Of a DNA stretch of 36,911 nt, positions 32,926 through 36,911 are shown piece by piece. Location of the stretch: contig CAZCNZ010000115.1 of NCBI GenBank assembly GCA_964500245.1, positions 1 through 36,911 of the forward strand. Reading direction: 5' to 3'. Each line of letters starts with the position of its first letter. Within the stretch, counting starts at the first letter, position 1. This stretch comes from an uncultured Thermoplasmatales archaeon. GTDB lineage: Archaea; Thermoplasmatota; Thermoplasmata; Lutacidiplasmatales; UBA184. The notes under the pieces were generated by a model. That model was not told where the DNA came from. It did not search any database and worked only from the letters and a program-made list of their open reading frames with translations. Made by a program: the position numbers and the translations under genes.

Positions 32926-34413
32926 TCAGTACTGCGGGAGCGAGGGATCAACGCGCTGAGCCCACGCGTTGATTCCTCCGCGCAGGGTTCGAACGTTCGA
33001 GAAGCCCAGGTCGAGGAGGAATCGAGTGGCCTCCGCGGAGCGGATGCCGCTCCGACAGTAGACGACGAGCTTCGAGGCCCGAGTGAGTTCGTCCACCCGC
33101 TCGGCAAGTTCGCCTTTCGGGATCAGGTGGGCTCCGGGGAGGTGGGCGATCGCCCACTCTCCGGGCTCCCGGACGTCGACCAGGAAGGGGGGCTCCTCCG
33201 ACTCGAGTTCGGCGTGCAGCGCTTCCGGTTCCACGCGAGGGACGTTGTCCCGGGCCGCCGCGGCTTCCGGAGTCGGGACGCCGCAGAAGGCGGGGTAGTC
33301 GATGAGCCCCTTCTGCGTCGCGTGCGCGGAGCAGAGCACGCAGTGCGGATTCTTGCGGATCCGAAGCTCGCGGAACTTGAGCGCGAGGGCGTCGAAGAGG
33401 AGCAACCGCCCAACGAGGGAGTCGCCCTGCCCGAGGATGAGCTTCACGGTCTCCGTCGCCTGAAGGACCCCGATCAGTCCGGGGAGGACGCCGAGAACGC
33501 CGGCCTCGGCGCACGACGGCACGAGGTCCGGTGGGGGCGGTTCGGGGTAGAGGCACCGGTAGCAGGGGCCGTGACGAGCGTCGAAGACGCTCACCTGGCC
33601 CTCGAAGCGGTAGATGGAGCCGTAAACGCTCGGTTTCTTCAACAGTACCGTCGCGTCGTTGACGAGGTAACGGGTCGGGAAGTTGTCGGTGCCATCCAGG
33701 ACCACGTCGTACGGCGCGATGATGTCGAGCGCGTTCTCGGAGGTGAGTCGAGTCTCGTGCGCGACAACCCGGGTCCCCGGATTGAGCCCTTCGAGGCGCT
33801 CCTTCGCTGCGACGAGCTTGGGGCGGCCAACGTCCGACGTCGAGTAGAGGACCTGCCGCTGCAGGTTCGATAGGTCGACCGAGTCGAAGTCGACGAGGCC
33901 GATCTCCCCGACTCCCGCGGCGGCGAGATAGAGGGCGGCCGGGGCTCCGAGTCCCCCCGCTCCCACCAGGAGGACCTTCGCGCGGCGGAGCTTCCGCTGT
34001 CCGGCCACGCCGACCTCAGGCAGGAGGAGATGACGGCTGTACCGGCGGAGATCGTCGGTCGAAAACGCTTCGACCGCGGTGTCGGCCGACTCAGAACGCG
34101 AAGCCGGACGGAGCGGTCCCCTCGCCCCGGCGGGCGCTCCCCCGGCGACGGCAGGGACGATGGAGACGACGTCCCCCTCCTTCAGGGGGGTTGCTTCGCG
34201 GTCGAGGAATCGAATGTCCTCGTCGTTCAAGTAGACCGTGACGAAACTGCGGAGGCGGCCTTCTGGGGTGAAGAGGTGCCGCTTGAGCGCCGGATTCGAG
34301 TCGGCCAGAGAGCGGATGACCCCCCCGACGGTGCTGCCCTCGAGGGCGAGTTCGGCAGCCCCGCCGGCGAACGACCTCAGCGGTGTGGGGATCTTGACGG
34401 TCGCCTTTGGCAT
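32926..34413 (-). CDS. Tri-domain fusion: CysO/MoaD-like ubiquitin-fold sulfur carrier (aa 1-92, ends AVAGG) + MoeB/ThiF/MoeZ-type E1 adenylyltransferase + C-terminal rhodanese
   Basis: The Ubl is IPTPLRSFAGG...FVTVYLNDEDIRFL...GDVVSIVPAVAGG. The E1 carries RYSRHLLLPEVG, LLVGAGGLGAPAALYLAAAGVG, DLSNLQRQ, CYRC...SCAEAGVLG...HCVLC. The rhodanese carries LVDVREPGEW...VVYCRSGIRS. A GGGGAGGG SD-like element lies 7 nt upstream of the ATG. Confidence 0.85.
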   Translation of the reverse strand: MPKATVKIPTPLRSFAGGAAELALEGSTVGGVIRSLADSNPALKRHLFTPEGRLRSFVTVYLNDEDIRFLDREATPLKEGDVVSIVPAVAGGAPAGARGPLRPASRSESADTAVEAFSTDDLRRYSRHLLLPEVGVAGQRKLRRAKVLLVGAGGLGAPAALYLAAAGVGEIGLVDFDSVDLSNLQRQVLYSTSDVGRPKLVAAKERLEGLNPGTRVVAHETRLTSENALDIIAPYDVVLDGTDNFPTRYLVNDATVLLKKPSVYGSIYRFEGQVSVFDARHGPCYRCLYPEPPPPDLVPSCAEAGVLGVLPGLIGVLQATETVKLILGQGDSLVGRLLLFDALALKFRELRIRKNPHCVLCSAHATQKGLIDYPAFCGVPTPEAAAARDNVPRVEPEALHAELESEEPPFLVDVREPGEWAIAHLPGAHLIPKGELAERVDELTRASKLVVYCRSGIRSAEATRFLLDLGFSNVRTLRGGINAWAQRVDPSLPQY

Positions 34414-34450
34414 CGTTCGACCCTCCCCGACGAGACTCTTAGGCTCTTCC

Positions 34451-34924
34451 TTACCCTCGGACCACTAACGGAGACGAGGGACGCTTCCCCGTCACGGACA
34501 GGGGGACCTCGCGGAAGGTCGCGGAGTCCGGCTCGAGTTCGAACGCGGCGACGGCGGGGGTCGCCGACGCCGTGACCGCCAGGACGAGGTAGGTGTACCA
34601 GGGCCACGCATGCTCCTGGTCGAACTGCGACGGGCGGGCCGGATGGTCGGGATGGGAATGGTAGAATCCGACCACCGCTCGGCCCGTCCCCTCGAGGTTG
34701 CGTTCCAGTTTTCTAAGTTCCTCGGGAGGAATGAGGAACCGGCGACGGCGCTCACCGTCGAACACGTTCCCCGCTGGTTCAAGGGCGAGGATCGTTCGAC
34801 CCGTGGTTCCCTCGGGCTCCGGGACCGCGCCGACAAGGAAACCGCAGCACTCTTCCGGGTACGTCGTCCGTCCGTGCGCCTGCATCTCGGCGAGGAGAGA
34901 CGCGGGGAGGATCACCGACTTCAC
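34451..34924 (-). CDS. mec: JAMM/MPN+ metalloprotease (Mec / HvJAMM-like)
   Basis: The JAMM motif is complete: EECCGFLVG, then GFYHSHPDHPARPSQFD (H-x-H-x7-S-x2-D). Length is 157 aa. It overlaps the cysM stop by 4 nt. Confidence 0.85.
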   Translation of the reverse strand: MKSVILPASLLAEMQAHGRTTYPEECCGFLVGAVPEPEGTTGRTILALEPAGNVFDGERRRRFLIPPEELRKLERNLEGTGRAVVGFYHSHPDHPARPSQFDQEHAWPWYTYLVLAVTASATPAVAAFELEPDSATFREVPLSVTGKRPSSPLVVRG

Positions 34925-35895
34925 GACCGCTCCCTCTCGTGGGGGTCGTGTCCTCCGTCCGGAAGGATCGTCACCACGACGGAACCCTCGGCAGAGCGGC
35001 CAACCTGAACGGCCGCCCAGACCGCCGCTCCGGCGGACGACCCGACCGCGAGCCCTTCGGCCCGAGCGAGCCGGAGCTGCATCTCGAGGGCGTCCTCCGT
35101 CTCCACCCGGACTGTCTCGTCCACGAGATGATCGTCGTACGTCGAGGGTCGGAGCGCAGTCGGAAGGTGCTTCAGCCCCTCGATTCCGTGGATTGGTCCC
35201 GGTGGCTCGACGCCGATGACGCGGACGGAGGGATTGCGCTCCTTGAGGTAGCGGCTCACGCCCGAGATCGTCCCCCCCGTTCCAACGCCCGCGACGAAGT
35301 GGGTGACCCGGCCCGCGGTCTGCTGCCAGATCTCGGGACCCGTGGTTGCGTAGTGGGCTCGCGGGTTAGAGGGATTGTTGTACTGGTCCGGGTAGAAGTA
35401 TCGGCCCGGTTCGGCCGCGGCCCTTCGATGTGCCTCGCGCTGGGCGCCGTCCGTCCCCTCTGAGGGGTCCGTGAACACCACGCCGGCTCCAAACGCCCGG
35501 ATTCGGGCCACGCGCGAGGGGTGAGCGTTCGCGGGAAGGATGATCTCTACCGGGAATCCAAGGCGAGCTCCCAGCATGGCATACGCGACGGCGGTGTTCC
35601 CGCTCGATGCATCCATCAACGTCCGACCCTCGCCCAATCGGCCGCCGGCGATCGCATCGAGGACGATCCCTCGTGCCGTGCGGTCTTTCACCGATCCCGT
35701 CGGGTTGAGGTGCTCCGCCTTCGCCAGGAGTTCGAACCGGCCCCCGCTCTCCTGAACGATCGACGGCAGCGGGACCAGCGGGGTGTTACCGATGGCCGCC
35801 ACGATCGGGTCTAGGAGCGGAGCCCGGCGGGTCAAGGGGGTGCGGAGGGCCGACCGCGGTCCCGATGTCAGCGGAGTTGAATCAAGTGGGTACAC
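34921..35895 (-). CDS. cysM: PLP-dependent cysteine synthase, CysM/CysK family
   Basis: The PLP-lysine motif is EHLNPTGSVKDRTA. It is followed by SSGNTAVAYA and GVGTGGTISG. It has a GTG start, and the N-terminus is uncertain. Confidence 0.85.
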   Translation of the reverse strand: MYPLDSTPLTSGPRSALRTPLTRRAPLLDPIVAAIGNTPLVPLPSIVQESGGRFELLAKAEHLNPTGSVKDRTARGIVLDAIAGGRLGEGRTLMDASSGNTAVAYAMLGARLGFPVEIILPANAHPSRVARIRAFGAGVVFTDPSEGTDGAQREAHRRAAAEPGRYFYPDQYNNPSNPRAHYATTGPEIWQQTAGRVTHFVAGVGTGGTISGVSRYLKERNPSVRVIGVEPPGPIHGIEGLKHLPTALRPSTYDDHLVDETVRVETEDALEMQLRLARAEGLAVGSSAGAAVWAAVQVGRSAEGSVVVTILPDGGHDPHERERS

Positions 35896-36518
35896 CGCAT
35901 TCCTCCTCGGCCGATTGAATCGACCAGGTCCACCCCGGTCTGACCGAGGAGGGCCTCGGTGAGGTGCTTGTCGAAGACATCGCAGAGGAGGAACGGGTGC
36001 GTCATAGCGCTGTGGCGAAAGACACAGTTCGACCGGGTGATCCGGATCGAACCGTCGGGCGCCCGGTCAGTGGTGCAGCGGAATCCGAGGCGGTTCAGCG
36101 AGCGGACCACGTTCTCGGCTCGCTCTTCCGGGGTCCCCGTCTTCGGGACCTCCTTCACGACCTCGTGCGCCATCCGCTCGGCGGCGTCGGCGAACAGCGC
36201 GCTCACGTACCCCTCGCCTTCGCGGGCGAGGAGCTCGTCCACGACGGTGTCGAGAATCAGGTCGTACTTCTTCGGGAACAATTCCTGAGCGGAGCTCGTA
36301 AGCACGAAGCGCTTCCGGGGACGGCCGACCCCTTCTCGACGGAACGACGGCACGACGAGACCCCGTTCCTCGAGGCGTCCCAAGTGGCCGCGAGCAGCGC
36401 TCTCCTGGATCCCGAGCTTCCGAGCAAGGTCCCTTGCAGTTCGGGGAGCGATCGCGAGTTCCTCGAGGATCCGGCCCCGGGTTCCCTCGAGCAGTTCCGC
36501 CTCGGCCATCACTCCCAT
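35868..36518 (-). CDS. wHTH transcriptional regulator with four-Cys C-terminal domain (SufR-like)
   Basis: The N-terminal ArsR/DeoR-like wHTH is RILEELAIAPRTARDLARKLGIQESAARGHLGRLEERGLV. The C-terminal Cys pattern is C-x16-C-x13-C-x29-C. The gene is divergent from sufC. Confidence 0.65.
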   Translation of the reverse strand: MGVMAEAELLEGTRGRILEELAIAPRTARDLARKLGIQESAARGHLGRLEERGLVVPSFRREGVGRPRKRFVLTSSAQELFPKKYDLILDTVVDELLAREGEGYVSALFADAAERMAHEVVKEVPKTGTPEERAENVVRSLNRLGFRCTTDRAPDGSIRITRSNCVFRHSAMTHPFLLCDVFDKHLTEALLGQTGVDLVDSIGRGGMRCTHLIQLR

Positions 36519-36526
36519 CGGTTACC

Positions 36527-36542
36527 CCTAGGACGCACTAGG
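36527..36542. promoter_or_regulatory. Inverted repeat CCTAG-N6-CTAGG between the regulator start and its TATA-like box
   Basis: Read directly from the sequence. It lies 9-24 nt upstream of the regulator ATG (36518), so it is a candidate operator. It is short and could occur by chance. Confidence 0.25.
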
Positions 36543-36548
36543 ATTTAC
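36543..36548 (-). promoter_or_regulatory. TATA-like box (GTAAAT on minus strand) upstream of the regulator gene
   Basis: It lies 25 nt upstream of the ATG at 36518. Confidence 0.4.
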
Positions 36549-36561
36549 ACACCACGCCATG

Positions 36562-36570
36562 CTTAAATAA
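36562..36570 (+). promoter_or_regulatory. TATA-like box CTTAAATAA upstream of sufC
   Basis: It lies 24 nt upstream of the ATG at 36594. Confidence 0.5.
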
Positions 36571-36593
36571 CGGTATCGGCTCGTACGACTCCG

Positions 36594-36911
36594 ATGCCGA
36601 TCGAAACGCTGAGCGGACCCCATACCTTGGTGGTCGAGGACCTCCATGCCGAGGTCGCCGGAAAGGAGATCTTGAAGGGGGTGAGCCTGACCCTCAAGAG
36701 CGGGGAGCTGACCGCCCTAATGGGGCCGAACGGCTCGGGAAAGAGCACGCTCGCCTACGCGCTCATGGGCCACCCGAAGTACAAGGTGACTCGGGGCAAG
36801 GCGCTCCTGGACGGACAGGACCTTCTCAAGCTCAGCGTCGACCAGCGGTCGCGCGCGGGCCTCTTTCTCGGCTTCCAGTATCCCCAGGAGGTCTCGGGGC
36901 TCTCCCTTTCG
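36594..36911 (+). CDS. sufC: Fe-S cluster assembly ATPase SufC (5' part; runs off the window)
   Basis: My own translation is [102 protein letters not shown]. This is the typical SufC N-terminus, and the frame is open to the window end. Confidence 0.9.
   Translation, partial: MPIETLSGPHTLVVEDLHAEVAGKEILKGVSLTLKSGELTALMGPNGSGKSTLAYALMGHPKYKVTRGKALLDGQDLLKLSVDQRSRAGLFLGFQYPQEVSGLSLS

Noticed and set aside
32791-33873. 360-aa plus-strand ORF
   Set aside because: It is antisense to the E1/rhodanese gene.
1-36911. CRISPR arrays, rRNA genes, transposases, toxin-antitoxin pairs and recognisable defence systems
   Set aside because: By eye there are no regularly spaced direct repeats, no rRNA-like sequence, and no transposase or integrase motifs. 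The single PIN protein has no adjacent antitoxin-sized ORF and looks like the conserved Fcf1-type.

Overview
GC-rich (about two-thirds G+C by eye), gene-dense chromosomal window that looks archaeal. Archaeal markers are RFC large subunit, ABCE1, an Hjc-family resolvase, MptA/FolE2-type GTP cyclohydrolase, a thiolase+DUF35 pair, a class-III (pilin-type) signal peptide, a tRNA with a non-canonical intron, and TATA-like boxes 22-27 nt upstream of start codons. I support about 40 protein genes and 2 tRNAs. I see no rRNA, CRISPR array, transposase or integrase. Most content is housekeeping or heterotrophic metabolism: acyl-CoA genes, M29 and S9 peptidases, urocanase, oxidative-stress genes, a MacB-type ABC exporter and the start of a suf operon. 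The best candidate system is at 32926-36518 (minus strand). A SufR-like regulator, a CysM-type cysteine synthase and a JAMM/Mec-type protease sit with one 495-aa protein in which a CysO-like ubiquitin-fold sulfur carrier ending in Gly-Gly is fused to a MoeZ-type E1 plus a rhodanese domain. This gene set matches the actinobacterial protein-thiocarboxylate cysteine pathway, here in a new fused form, in an archaeal context, and divergent from sufC. The second candidate is at 656-3203: an uncharacterised wHTH-AAA+ ATPase plus a basic zinc-ribbon protein, sharing one palindromic TATA element with an atypical Hjc-family nuclease that is translationally coupled to a thiolase. Also notable are a tRNA-Ser(GCU) that folds only after removal of a ~31-nt T-loop intron, an ~80-aa insertion in RFC-L, and a Cys-rich pilin-like secreted protein with no assembly genes nearby. 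All family calls come from motif reading and memory. No database search or computation was possible. The many long Arg/Pro/Gly-rich ORFs antisense to real genes are treated as high-GC artefacts.
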